A stretch of 64,000 bases of DNA. Source: Clostridia bacterium (lineage in GTDB: Bacteria; Bacillota; Clostridia; Oscillospirales; CAG-272). Every line of letters starts with the position of its first letter. Within the stretch, counting starts at the first letter, position 1. A model generated the notes under the pieces. The model worked only from the letters and a program-made list of their open reading frames with translations, searched no databases and had not been told where the DNA came from. Position numbers and translations under genes: made by a program. This document shows positions 34,564-43,513 of this stretch, piece by piece. Location of the stretch: the NCBI GenBank assembly GCA_017454675.1, contig JAFTCN010000010.1:6195-70194 (forward strand). The letters run 5' to 3'.

Positions 34564-35385
34564 TCAGGCCGTTTCATGCCCGGCAGGCCGTTCTCCGCCC
34601 GACACCGAGCCGATGAAAGCGCGCAGTCTCTCCGACGTGCAGCCGGGGCCGAAGGCGGCCGACGAAGGTCCGTCGAACTCGACTGCTCCCCTGTCCATGA
34701 AGAGTATGCGGTCCGCGGCCTCAGCCGCGAAGGACATCTCGTGAGTCACGACGATCATCGTCATCCTGTCGGCCGCTAGAGAGCGCATCACCTTCAGGAC
34801 CTCGGCGGTAAGTTCGGGATCGAGGGCCGAGGTGGGCTCGTCGAAGCAGAGTATATCGGGAGACAGCGCCAGCGCCCTGGCTATCGCGACGCGCTGCTGC
34901 TGACCGCCCGAGAGCTCGCAGGGGTAGGCGCCTCCCCGGTCGGAAAGTCCTACCTTCCGCAGAAGGCCTTCGGCCTTTTCGTCGAGTTCCGAGAGGAACG
35001 CTGCCCGTTTCGCCCTGTCCTTCATCTCCGGGTCCTCGCGCATGCGGAGCTTCGGCGCGAGACAGAGGTTCTCCTTTACCGTGTACTGCGGAAACAGGTT
35101 GAAGTTCTGGAAGACAAGTCCGAAATGCAGCCTTCGCTCGCGCAGTTCGTCCTCCTTCAGCTTCTTCGCGTCCCCGGCGTCGAATAGGAGCTTCCCGTCA
35201 AGGTACATCCGCCCCCTGTCTGGCGTCACGAGAAAATTGAGACACCGGAGGAGGGTGGTCTTCCCCGATCCGGAAGAGCCGATGACTGCGAGCGTCTCGC
35301 CCTTCCCGACTGTCAGATCTATTCCCTTCAGGACCTCCGTCTTCCCAAACGATTTGTGAAAGTCCCTGATCTCAAGCAAAGCCAT
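34564..35385 (-). CDS. amino-acid ABC transporter ATP-binding protein
   Basis: Walker A GSSGSGKTT, signature LSGGQQQRVAIARAL, Walker B ILCFDEPTSALD. PAAT-family layout. Confidence 0.92.
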   Translation of the reverse strand: MALLEIRDFHKSFGKTEVLKGIDLTVGKGETLAVIGSSGSGKTTLLRCLNFLVTPDRGRMYLDGKLLFDAGDAKKLKEDELRERRLHFGLVFQNFNLFPQYTVKENLCLAPKLRMREDPEMKDRAKRAAFLSELDEKAEGLLRKVGLSDRGGAYPCELSGGQQQRVAIARALALSPDILCFDEPTSALDPELTAEVLKVMRSLAADRMTMIVVTHEMSFAAEAADRILFMDRGAVEFDGPSSAAFGPGCTSERLRAFIGSVSGGERPAGHETA

Positions 35386-35394
35386 TCCCGCACC

Positions 35395-36090
35395 TCACCC
35401 CGAGAAGTATGAGAGCTTTTTCTCGAGCCTTCCGAGCAGCAGCGTGAGCAGCCCGACGAAGGCAAGATAGAAGGCTCCGGTGTAGAAAAGCGGCCAGATC
35501 AGCGCTTTTGTCGCAGCCAGATCCTTCGCCTGCTTGATTATCTCGGCGACCATGATGCAGTTCGCGAGGGCGGTGTCCTTTATGAGGGTTATTATCTCGT
35601 TCGACATGGGGGGAACGATCCGTTTCACGACCTGCAGCAGGATCACCCGGAAGAATATCTGACTCTTCGTCATGCCCAGGACCTGCCCCGCCTCGTACTG
35701 ACCGCGGCTTATGCTCTCGATCCCTCCGCGGTAGATCTCTGAGAAGTAGCACGCGTAGTTTACGGCAAACGCTATAAGCACCGCAATGATCCTTCCGGCG
35801 TCCTCGATCCCGTGGTTCAGCAGGAAATATCTGTCGAGATCTCCGAAAAGCTGGTAATGGAACACGAGCCCCGGGACGTAGTAGATGATGAAGATCTGAA
35901 GCATGAGCGGCACTCCCCTGACGATCCAGACGAAGACCTTCGATACCGCGGCTACCGGCTTTATCCGGCTCATCGAGCAGAACGCGATCGGAAGCCCCAG
36001 CGGTATCGCGGCGGCGAGCGTCACTGCGAAGATCAGCAGCGATATCCGGAAGCCGCGCAGCAGGAAAGCGGTGATCTCAAGAAAAGACAT
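35395..36090 (-). CDS. amino-acid ABC transporter permease
   Basis: 231 aa, HisM/GlnP type. Contains the EAA-like loop SISRGQYEAGQVLGMTK. Confidence 0.9.
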   Translation of the reverse strand: MSFLEITAFLLRGFRISLLIFAVTLAAAIPLGLPIAFCSMSRIKPVAAVSKVFVWIVRGVPLMLQIFIIYYVPGLVFHYQLFGDLDRYFLLNHGIEDAGRIIAVLIAFAVNYACYFSEIYRGGIESISRGQYEAGQVLGMTKSQIFFRVILLQVVKRIVPPMSNEIITLIKDTALANCIMVAEIIKQAKDLAATKALIWPLFYTGAFYLAFVGLLTLLLGRLEKKLSYFSG

Positions 36091-36093
36091 GCT

Positions 36094-36897
36094 TTACTTT
36101 TTCTGGTCAGAAAAGTCGGTGACTACAGAATTGCGCACTCCGTATTTCTCTCCGAGAGACGCGAGCGTTCCGTCGGCTGCGAGCTTCTCGAACTGTTCAT
36201 TGACGGCAGAGGTCAGTTCGCTTCCCTTCGCAAAACCGACTGCATAGTATTCGACTTCGCCCGACAGCGCCTCGACGACCGCCAGGTTCGCGTAGTCGCC
36301 CTTGCCGCAGTAGCTCTTCGCGAGCTGCGCGTCGAGCACGGCGAAGTCCGCCGTCCCGGCGTTGACTTCGAGCAGCGCGTCGGTCTGCTTCGTCACGCCC
36401 TTGACGGTCGCGCCTTCGAAATTCTTCGCGTAGGTCTCGCCGGCGGACCCGGATTCGGCCTCGCCGATCTTCCCCTTCAGGTCCTCCGCCGTCGCTATTC
36501 CGCTGTCCTTCTTTGCCACGACGACCTGTCTGTTCTCCATGTAATTATAGGAGAAGTCGACCTTTTCGGAGCGGGCGATACCGTCGTCATCGGAGGCGTT
36601 GGCGGTAAATCCGTTCCAGATGCAGTCGATGTTGCCCGAGGCGAGGTCGGTATACTTTGCATCCCAGCTGATCTCCTTGAACACGACGGTGTACCCGAGC
36701 GCCTCAAAGACTTTTTTTGAGAGTTCGGTGTCGAATCCGACGAGCTCGCCCCCTTCGTCGGTGTAGTTCATCGGCTCGTATATCGTATAGCCGACGGTGA
36801 CCGTCTTTCCGCCGCCTGAGCACCCGGCAGCAAGCAGCGCGACGCCGGTCATGAGGATCGCGAGCATGAGCGATAATGATCTCTTTGCGTTTTTCAT
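36094..36897 (-). CDS. amino-acid ABC transporter substrate-binding lipoprotein
   Basis: Signal and lipobox MTGVALLAAGCSGG, followed by type-3 SBP blocks (GFDTELSKKVFEALG, DCIWNGFT). ATG at 36897; the upstream extension in the track ORF was rejected. Confidence 0.88.
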   Translation of the reverse strand: MKNAKRSLSLMLAILMTGVALLAAGCSGGGKTVTVGYTIYEPMNYTDEGGELVGFDTELSKKVFEALGYTVVFKEISWDAKYTDLASGNIDCIWNGFTANASDDDGIARSEKVDFSYNYMENRQVVVAKKDSGIATAEDLKGKIGEAESGSAGETYAKNFEGATVKGVTKQTDALLEVNAGTADFAVLDAQLAKSYCGKGDYANLAVVEALSGEVEYYAVGFAKGSELTSAVNEQFEKLAADGTLASLGEKYGVRNSVVTDFSDQKK

Positions 36898-36953
36898 CGT
36901 TTTCTTTTTTTCTCCTTCTCTTTGATTCCGTTCTCGTTCTTCAGATGTCCCGG

Positions 36954-36979
36954 AAAAACGCGGGAAGATGCCTCTTCCC
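36954..36979 (-). promoter_or_regulatory. terminator-like hairpin inside the roughly 140-nt leader of the amino-acid ABC operon (possible attenuator)
   Basis: On the minus strand, GGGAAGA-GGCA-TCTTCCC followed by GCGTTTTT. It lies between the promoter at 37041-37069 and the ATG at 36897. Confidence 0.35.
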
Positions 36980-37040
36980 CGCCGGCCGGAGCGGAAGCGG
37001 CCGCAGGCGGAAATGCGCTTTACCGTGTTAAAGTGATAAT

Positions 37041-37069
37041 ATGATACCACATTTTTCCTGATTTGTCAA
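37041..37069 (-). promoter_or_regulatory. sigma-70-type promoter (TTGACA-N17-TATCAT) for the amino-acid ABC operon
   Basis: On the minus strand: TTGACA (37069-37064), a 17-nt spacer ending in TGG, then TATCAT (37046-37041). Confidence 0.5.
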
Positions 37070-37097
37070 GCCTCCCCCGCCCGAGGCAAACATTTTA

Positions 37098-37126
37098 TTG
37101 ACAATCGGGGCTCAATATAGTAAAAT
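37098..37126 (+). promoter_or_regulatory. sigma-70-type promoter (TTGACA-N17-TAAAAT) for the lipoprotein/carrier/MBOAT operon
   Basis: TTGACA at 37098-37103, a 17-nt spacer, then TAAAAT at 37121-37126, 38 nt upstream of the ATG at 37164. Confidence 0.55.
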
Positions 37127-37163
37127 ATATCCGAAATAATATTTCTTTCCGGGAGATAGGAAA

Positions 37164-38630
37164 ATGAAAAAGACCCTTTCACTCATTCTTGCCGCGCTGA
37201 TGCTCGCGGCAGTGTTCTGCGCTTCTTCCTGCGCCGGCGAAAGCGGGACCGAAGGCCCCGGCTCCTCCGCCGCGGCCGACAGCGGGACCGTCGCCGAGAC
37301 CGCCGCGGAAACCGCGCTGAAGCCCGACCTGCCCGACGTCAAATTCGGCGGCAGTTTCGTCATCGCTTCGGGATACGTGACCGACAGCAAGTACACGAGC
37401 ACCGCGATCACAGCCGACACCGTGAACGGCGACGTCATCAACGACGCCATATACGAGCGGACGGTGACCGTCGAGTCCCTCTTCGACATCAAGATCGAAG
37501 TCCTCGACGTCAACAACACCAAGATCAACAACTCGGTCAAGACCGGCACACGTGAGTACGACATCGGCACCGCGACGACCTCCGAGATAATGAGCATACT
37601 CACCGCAGGCTCCGCGATCAACCTCAACGAAGTAGAGTCGATCGACCTCGACAAGCCCTGGTGGGATCAGAACGCCAAGAGCAAGTTCGCCGTCGCCGAC
37701 AAACTCTACTACACTCTCAGCGACTTCTTCATCACCGGCATCGACAACAGCAGATGCACCTACTTCAACAAGGACCTCGCCTCCTCGCTCAACCTCGGCA
37801 GCCTCTACGAACTTGTCGATAAAAACGAGTGGACGATAGACAAAATGAAAGAGATGTCCGTCATAGCCGTGGACGACAGAAACGGCGACCAGAAGATAGA
37901 CACGAACGACCAGCTCGGTATCGTCAACAACGCCACAACCTTCTACGAGGTCATGCTGACCGGCTGCAACGCCGAAGTCATGAAGCAGGGCGAGGGGAAC
38001 ATTCCCTACTGGACCGGCGCCGAGGAACAGGAATTCTTCGTCGGCATCTACACGAAGCTGCTCGACCTCTTCTCCAAGGACGGCGGATACCTCATCACCT
38101 CCACCGACGACGGCCGCCGCATGTTCAAGAACGGCAACTCCCTGTTCACCTGCGACACGATGTTCCTCTGCTCCGACATGCGACAGAATTCGGACATCAA
38201 CTTCGGCATCATGCCGGTCCCGAAATACAGCGCGGACCAGGAGAAGTACTATCACGTCAGCCCGAACCCCGACGTCTTCTTCATCATCCCCGGAACGTCC
38301 GACGAGACCGAACGCTGCGGCGTCATGCTCGAGGCACTCTCATACTATTCCAGCGCCTACTATTCCGACAGCGCCCTCATGCCCAGCTACTTCGATCTGG
38401 CCCTGACGACCAAGTCCGCGCCCGACGTCGATTCGTCGAACAACCTCCAGATCGTTCACGACAACATCTCGTACATCATCAAGCTTGCCGGCACGGTATA
38501 TTCCGGTGCCGTCTTCTCGCAGTTCGAAAACGGCAACTACAATATCATCAGCACGCTGAACACGATGAACAAGAGCAACGCGAAGACGCTCCGCGACGTT
38601 CTCACGTCGCTCGGAGTCGAAGCCGAATGA
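37164..38630 (+). CDS. orphan solute-binding-protein-like lipoprotein (no cognate ABC permease or ATPase adjacent)
   Basis: Signal and lipobox LAAVFCASSCAG. The roughly 460-aa mature domain resembles family-1 extracellular SBPs. It is paralogous to 54203..55672, sharing the motifs DKPWW and NEWT[IF]DK. Confidence 0.75.
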   Translation: MKKTLSLILAALMLAAVFCASSCAGESGTEGPGSSAAADSGTVAETAAETALKPDLPDVKFGGSFVIASGYVTDSKYTSTAITADTVNGDVINDAIYERTVTVESLFDIKIEVLDVNNTKINNSVKTGTREYDIGTATTSEIMSILTAGSAINLNEVESIDLDKPWWDQNAKSKFAVADKLYYTLSDFFITGIDNSRCTYFNKDLASSLNLGSLYELVDKNEWTIDKMKEMSVIAVDDRNGDQKIDTNDQLGIVNNATTFYEVMLTGCNAEVMKQGEGNIPYWTGAEEQEFFVGIYTKLLDLFSKDGGYLITSTDDGRRMFKNGNSLFTCDTMFLCSDMRQNSDINFGIMPVPKYSADQEKYYHVSPNPDVFFIIPGTSDETERCGVMLEALSYYSSAYYSDSALMPSYFDLALTTKSAPDVDSSNNLQIVHDNISYIIKLAGTVYSGAVFSQFENGNYNIISTLNTMNKSNAKTLRDVLTSLGVEAE

Positions 38631-38675
38631 CCGCCGCGCCGCCCGCAGACAACCTGAAAAAATACAATCTGTTAA

Positions 38676-38924
38676 GTGAAAATGACAAAAGAAGAGATCA
38701 AAGAAAAAGTAATTGAGATCCTCGGGGACATAAACCCCGATATCGACTACACCGCCGAAACGTCGCTGATCGACGGAGGCTTGCTCGACTCGTTCGACAT
38801 AGTTTCGCTCGTCGGCGAGCTCAACGACGCCTTCGACATCAGCATCACCGTCGTCGATCTCGTCCCCGAGAACTTCAACTCGGCCGACGCGATGGCGGAG
38901 CTCGTCGAAAGGCTTGCCGGCTGA
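38676..38924 (+). CDS. DltC-like acyl/aminoacyl carrier protein
   Basis: About 80 aa. The phosphopantetheine attachment motif GGLLDSFDIVSLV matches the DltC GLLDSF site. The start is ambiguous (GTG at 38676 or ATG at 38682). Confidence 0.8.
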   Translation: MKMTKEEIKEKVIEILGDINPDIDYTAETSLIDGGLLDSFDIVSLVGELNDAFDISITVVDLVPENFNSADAMAELVERLAG

Positions 38925-39057
38925 GCCCGGCCAAGTCTTCGAAGGCCCGAAGCGCTTACATGTCTGAAACAGGCCATACCCGGCTCCGCGCAAGCACCAT
39001 TCCTCCTGCGGTCTCACGGTGATACAGAAACCGAATAAAACGAAAGGCATCGCGTAA

Positions 39058-40659
39058 ATGTCGCTCATCTCGCTTACGTTCGCAATATTTTTCGCCGCCG
39101 TACTGCTGCTCTACTACCTGCTGCCGCGCGTGACGCAGCCCTACCTGCTGCTCGCCGCCAGCCTTGTCTTCTACCTGTGGTCGGGGCCGAAATACATAGC
39201 CTATATCGCCGTTTCCGCCTCCGTGACGTACGCCGCCGCCCTGCTCGCGGGGAGGACTTCCTCACGGTTCGCCGCCGTTTCGGCCGGACTGAAGAGCAGC
39301 CTGCCTCCCGAAGAGTACAAAAAGAAGGCAGCGGCGGCCGCGCGGAAAGGCAGGCTCATCATCGGACTTGCGCTTGCCGTCGATCTCGGGATACTCATCG
39401 TCATAAAGTACCTCGACTTCATACTCGGCAACATCCTCCCGCTGTTCGGCGGCGCCGCCGCGAAACTGCCCGGACTGCGGCTCGTGATGCCGCTCGGACT
39501 CTCGTATTTCACCTTCGGAGCCGTCGGATATCTTGTCGACGTCAGCCGGGGCAAATACCCCGCCGAGAGGAACTTCGCGAGGTTCGCTCTCTATATGACA
39601 TATTTCCCGCACATCATACAGGGCCCGATCCCCCGCTTCGACAAGCTCGCCCCGCAGTTTTCCGTCCCGCACAGTTTCGATATCGACAGGATACTCGACG
39701 GCTTCCGGCTGATCCTCTGGGGCTGCTTCAAGATACTTATGCTATCCGCCTCGCTGGCTCCTGCAGTCAGAGCGATGGCAGACAGCCACGCGTCGATGGG
39801 CGGGCTTGAGATCTGGCTCCGAATGACGGCCTGGGGACTGCAGCTGTACGCCGACTTCTCTGGCGGCATCGACATCGTCACCGGCGTCTCGGAGTGCTTC
39901 GGCATAAGGCTCGAGGAAAACTTCAGGCGCCCGTATTTCGCCACCGACCTCACCGACTACTGGAACAGGTGGCATATCTCGCTGTCGGACTGGCTCAAGG
40001 ATTACGTGTTCTATCCGATGGCGCTCTCGAAGCGATTCGCCAGATTTTCCAAGTACCTGAAGAAAAAGCACGGCAAATTCATAGCCAAGACCGTTCCCGT
40101 CGGCCTGCTCTCGATCCTGCTGTTCACGCTGGTCGGCCTGTGGCACGGGGCGAACTGGGGAGAGATCCTCTTCGGAGTCTTCAACGGCGTCATTATCATG
40201 ACTTCGACACTGCTCGAGCCGCTCTTCCAGAAGATCAGAAAGCCGCTGAAAATGGACAGTCTGCTCATCTGGAGGATATTCCGTTCGCTCCGCACCTTTG
40301 TCGTGATCACACTCACGAGGGTCATCTCGAAGGCCCCCGGCATCCCCGCAGCAATGTCCTTTTACCGCAAGATGTTCACATCTCCCGGCATCGGCGGATT
40401 CATCTCGGAATTTTCCGAAGGCGGAAGGTTCGCCGGATTTAACATATTATCATATCTTCCGGTGTTCATCGGCGCCGCGGCGCTCTTCGCCGTCAGCCTT
40501 ACCGAGGAGATAAATCCGTCCCACAGTCTCCGGAAGCTCCTCTCGGAGCGGCCGGTGATGCGTGTGTCGCTTGAAGTGCTGTGCGTCGCGGTAATCGTCG
40601 TGTTCGGCACATACGGGCTCGGATACGACGCGTCGAACTTCATATACGCCGGAAACTGA
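39058..40659 (+). CDS. MBOAT-family membrane-bound O-acyltransferase (DltB/AlgI-like)
   Basis: 533 aa polytopic protein. Contains WNRWHISLSDWLKDYVFYP and the conserved-His block FTLVGLWHGANW. Confidence 0.9.
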   Translation: MSLISLTFAIFFAAVLLLYYLLPRVTQPYLLLAASLVFYLWSGPKYIAYIAVSASVTYAAALLAGRTSSRFAAVSAGLKSSLPPEEYKKKAAAAARKGRLIIGLALAVDLGILIVIKYLDFILGNILPLFGGAAAKLPGLRLVMPLGLSYFTFGAVGYLVDVSRGKYPAERNFARFALYMTYFPHIIQGPIPRFDKLAPQFSVPHSFDIDRILDGFRLILWGCFKILMLSASLAPAVRAMADSHASMGGLEIWLRMTAWGLQLYADFSGGIDIVTGVSECFGIRLEENFRRPYFATDLTDYWNRWHISLSDWLKDYVFYPMALSKRFARFSKYLKKKHGKFIAKTVPVGLLSILLFTLVGLWHGANWGEILFGVFNGVIIMTSTLLEPLFQKIRKPLKMDSLLIWRIFRSLRTFVVITLTRVISKAPGIPAAMSFYRKMFTSPGIGGFISEFSEGGRFAGFNILSYLPVFIGAAALFAVSLTEEINPSHSLRKLLSERPVMRVSLEVLCVAVIVVFGTYGLGYDASNFIYAGN

Positions 40660-40679
40660 AAAAGAAAAACGGATTCGCC

Positions 40680-42269
40680 ATGGTACCGGAATCAGAGATC
40701 ACAAGCAGAAACATATTCATCGAATCGATATTCAAAGCCGCCGAAACGACACCCCGGAAAGCGGCTTTTTCCGAATTCGGCGGAGCATCGCACAGCTGGC
40801 GCGAATTTACGGAGACGGTCTCCCGCATCGCGCTTACGATTAGGAACGCCGATCCGGAAGGCGTGGCCTCCGACAGGCCTCTCGCCCTTCTGACCGACCG
40901 CGGGGTGCTCTCGGCGGAAGCGATCTTCGGAGCGATGGCCGCCGGACGCTGGTACACCGCCGTCGATTCCTGCCTGCCGCCCGAGCGCATCGCGGCCATG
41001 GTGAAGATCTGCTCCCCGTCGGCCGTCGTCTGCGCGTCGGAGCAGCTCTCCTCATCCGGCTTTTCGCAGCTGCGCGGTATTATCGGCGCGGCATGCCCCG
41101 AAACGGTCTTCATCGACCTTGCAGCGGATAGTACAGCCGGGTGCGGGACCGTCACCGGGGAATATATACACCGGTCCGATACAGCTCCTATGTTCGGCAT
41201 ATTCACATCGGGATCGACCGGAGTGCCGAAGCTCGTGGTCAAGTCGAGGCGCGCCATGGGATCGTTCATCACCGAATACTGCCGCACTTTCGGCTTTACG
41301 TCAGATGAGGTGTTCGGCAACCAGATCCCCTTTTACTTCGACGCCTCAACGAAGGACCTCTTCGCGACCGCCCTCCTCGGGGCGTCGTGCGTGATCATAC
41401 CGCAGTCGGTCTTCTCCTTCCCCGTAAATCTCGTGAAGGTGCTGAACGAATGCCGCGTGACCACCATCGTATGGGTGCCGTCGGCGCTCTCCTCTGCCGC
41501 CCGGTTCAACGTTTTTTCGGTGTCGCGGCCCGAATATCTGAAAAACGTACTGTTCGTCGGCGAAAAGATGCCGGTAAAATACCTGAACGTCTGGAGGAAC
41601 GCACTGCCCGGAACAAGATTCGTGAACCTTTACGGTTCGACCGAAGTTGCCGGCAACTCGTGTTATTTCACCGTCTCGCGCGATTTCGGGGACGGCGACA
41701 TACTTCCCGTCGGCATGCCTTTCGACGGAACTCGGATAGTTCTGATAGACCCGGAGACCGGGCTTCCGTCGGACGAAGGCGAGATATGCGTGTCGGGTCC
41801 CGGGCTTGCCGACGGATACTACGGAGAGCCCGAAAAGACGGCGGCCGCATTCCGCGAGCTCGATATCCCGTCTTGCGGCATTCGCGGCAGGTTCTATTTC
41901 AGCGGCGACTTCGGCAGATACAACGGGCGGGGTGAGCTGGTATGCGTATCGAGGCGCGACAGCCAGATAAAGCATATGGGCCACCGCATCGAGCTCGGAG
42001 ACATCGAATCCGCAGCGCTGTCGTCGCCGGCAGTCTCGGAGGCCGTGTGCGTCTACAACCAGGACGAGGAAAAGATATACCTGTTCTTCTCTCCCGCCGC
42101 GGGAGCCGATCCTTCTGCGGCGCCGAAGGAACTGCGCCGCGAACTTCTCTCGAAGCTCCCGAGATACATGATCCCGCACAACATCACGGTCATGGCCGAA
42201 CTTCCCCGCAACCGGAACGGAAAGGCCGACAGGGCCGCCCTGAAGCTTGCGGCAAAGTCCGGCAGATGA
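40680..42269 (+). CDS. ANL-superfamily adenylating enzyme (DltA-like carrier-protein ligase)
   Basis: IFTSGSTGVPKLVV, YGSTEVAG, GEICVSGPGLADGYYGEPEKT, YFSGDFGRY, RRDSQIKHMGHRIELGDIE and NRNGKADRAAL. ATG at 40680; the upstream extension in the track ORF lies inside the MBOAT gene. Confidence 0.88.
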   Translation: MVPESEITSRNIFIESIFKAAETTPRKAAFSEFGGASHSWREFTETVSRIALTIRNADPEGVASDRPLALLTDRGVLSAEAIFGAMAAGRWYTAVDSCLPPERIAAMVKICSPSAVVCASEQLSSSGFSQLRGIIGAACPETVFIDLAADSTAGCGTVTGEYIHRSDTAPMFGIFTSGSTGVPKLVVKSRRAMGSFITEYCRTFGFTSDEVFGNQIPFYFDASTKDLFATALLGASCVIIPQSVFSFPVNLVKVLNECRVTTIVWVPSALSSAARFNVFSVSRPEYLKNVLFVGEKMPVKYLNVWRNALPGTRFVNLYGSTEVAGNSCYFTVSRDFGDGDILPVGMPFDGTRIVLIDPETGLPSDEGEICVSGPGLADGYYGEPEKTAAAFRELDIPSCGIRGRFYFSGDFGRYNGRGELVCVSRRDSQIKHMGHRIELGDIESAALSSPAVSEAVCVYNQDEEKIYLFFSPAAGADPSAAPKELRRELLSKLPRYMIPHNITVMAELPRNRNGKADRAALKLAAKSGR

Positions 42270-42420
42270 CCGCCGGGGTGCGGATACATAACCGATCACA
42301 GTCACTGGCCGCGGCACGCGGCCGTCAAAGAGTGCGCCTGAAGATGCCTGCAAAGGCCCCTTCAGGCTGCGAAAAAAACCGCAAACGCACTTCTTCAACG
42401 GAGGCACCAGGTCCAAGGCA

Positions 42421-43425
42421 ATGAAGGAAACACTGTTTTTCGCGGGCGAGAAATACCCGCTTATAAAAAACGACCCGCAGCTGATAAAGCTGAAAATGAC
42501 GCCGGGCGGCCACCCCGTGTGGATGTGGCGCGACGACCCCGGCGACTTCGCCTTCGGCGGAAACAAGGTGCGCTTCTACGAATACCTGATCCCGAAGATC
42601 ATGCGCGAGGCCCCAGACGTCCTGCTCACGACCGGCAGCCTCTTCTCGAACCACATACGCGTGACGGCGGAGGTGGGGAAACTGCTCCGCACCGGCGTCG
42701 TGCTGCTCATAACGGCGGACGCGCCGGAGAGGGGGACGGCCGCCTACCCCAACGTCGCGGCGGCTGAGAGCCTCGGTGCGGAGATCCGTTATATCGGCGG
42801 GTTCGCCGCCCTGCTCAAGGCAAACGGGATCGCGGATGAGATGAGAAAGGAAAAACTGCCGTCCGGACGGGAGAAAAAGGTGTTTTTCGTCCCGAACGCC
42901 GGACACGCTCCCACGGCCGTAAGGGCTTATGCCGAAGTACTCGCAGATGCGCTCATGAGGCTCGACGGCTTCGGGGTGCGCCCCGAACGCGTCTTCCTGC
43001 CAACAGCGAGCGGAACGACACTGGCGGGCCTGCTGTGCGGCTCAGGCGTGCTGTCGTCGATGGGGGTACAGGTACCCTCTGTCACCGGCTTCGCCGTAGG
43101 AAACAGCCCCGCAGGGGCCGTGACGGCCGTGAAGAAGCTGATAAGCCGCGCCTCCGGTTTCATCGAAGGCCTGCCGGACTCTCCCGCACCCGAAGTGCTT
43201 ACATACGGAGACTGCGAATACGGGAGGCTGTCTGATGAACTGTCGGAGTTCAGGCGGCGCATAAGCGATGATGAGGGAATCCTCCTCGACCCCACATACA
43301 ACACCGTGGCGTTCGCCGGAATGATCGACGCCCTCGAGCACGATCCCGGAGAGTCGCCGGTGCTCTACATCAATACCGGAGGATACACCGGCATACCGGA
43401 CAGTGCTGTCCGTGACGACAGCTGA
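42421..43425 (+). CDS. fold-type II PLP-dependent enzyme, ACC deaminase / D-cysteine desulfhydrase family
   Basis: FGGNKVRFYEYLI matches the GGNK(x)R.LE.LL PLP-lysine motif of that family. 334 aa. Confidence 0.75.
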   Translation: MKETLFFAGEKYPLIKNDPQLIKLKMTPGGHPVWMWRDDPGDFAFGGNKVRFYEYLIPKIMREAPDVLLTTGSLFSNHIRVTAEVGKLLRTGVVLLITADAPERGTAAYPNVAAAESLGAEIRYIGGFAALLKANGIADEMRKEKLPSGREKKVFFVPNAGHAPTAVRAYAEVLADALMRLDGFGVRPERVFLPTASGTTLAGLLCGSGVLSSMGVQVPSVTGFAVGNSPAGAVTAVKKLISRASGFIEGLPDSPAPEVLTYGDCEYGRLSDELSEFRRRISDDEGILLDPTYNTVAFAGMIDALEHDPGESPVLYINTGGYTGIPDSAVRDDS

Positions 43426-43437
43426 TCATGCAGTGCT

Positions 43438-43467
43438 AAAGGCCTCGGCAGATCTGCCGAGGCCTTT
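43438..43467. terminator. perfect palindromic hairpin (bidirectional terminator candidate)
   Basis: AAAGGCCTCGGCAGATCTGCCGAGGCCTTT. Confidence 0.6.
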
Positions 43468-43474
43468 CATATCC

Positions 43475-43505
43475 GCGTCCGCCTCTCCGGGGCGGACGCT
43501 TTTTA
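43475..43505 (+). terminator. intrinsic terminator of the plus-strand five-gene operon
   Basis: GCGTCCGCC-TCTCCG-GGGCGGACGC followed by TTTTT. Confidence 0.7.
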
Positions 43506-43513
43506 TTACCTGA

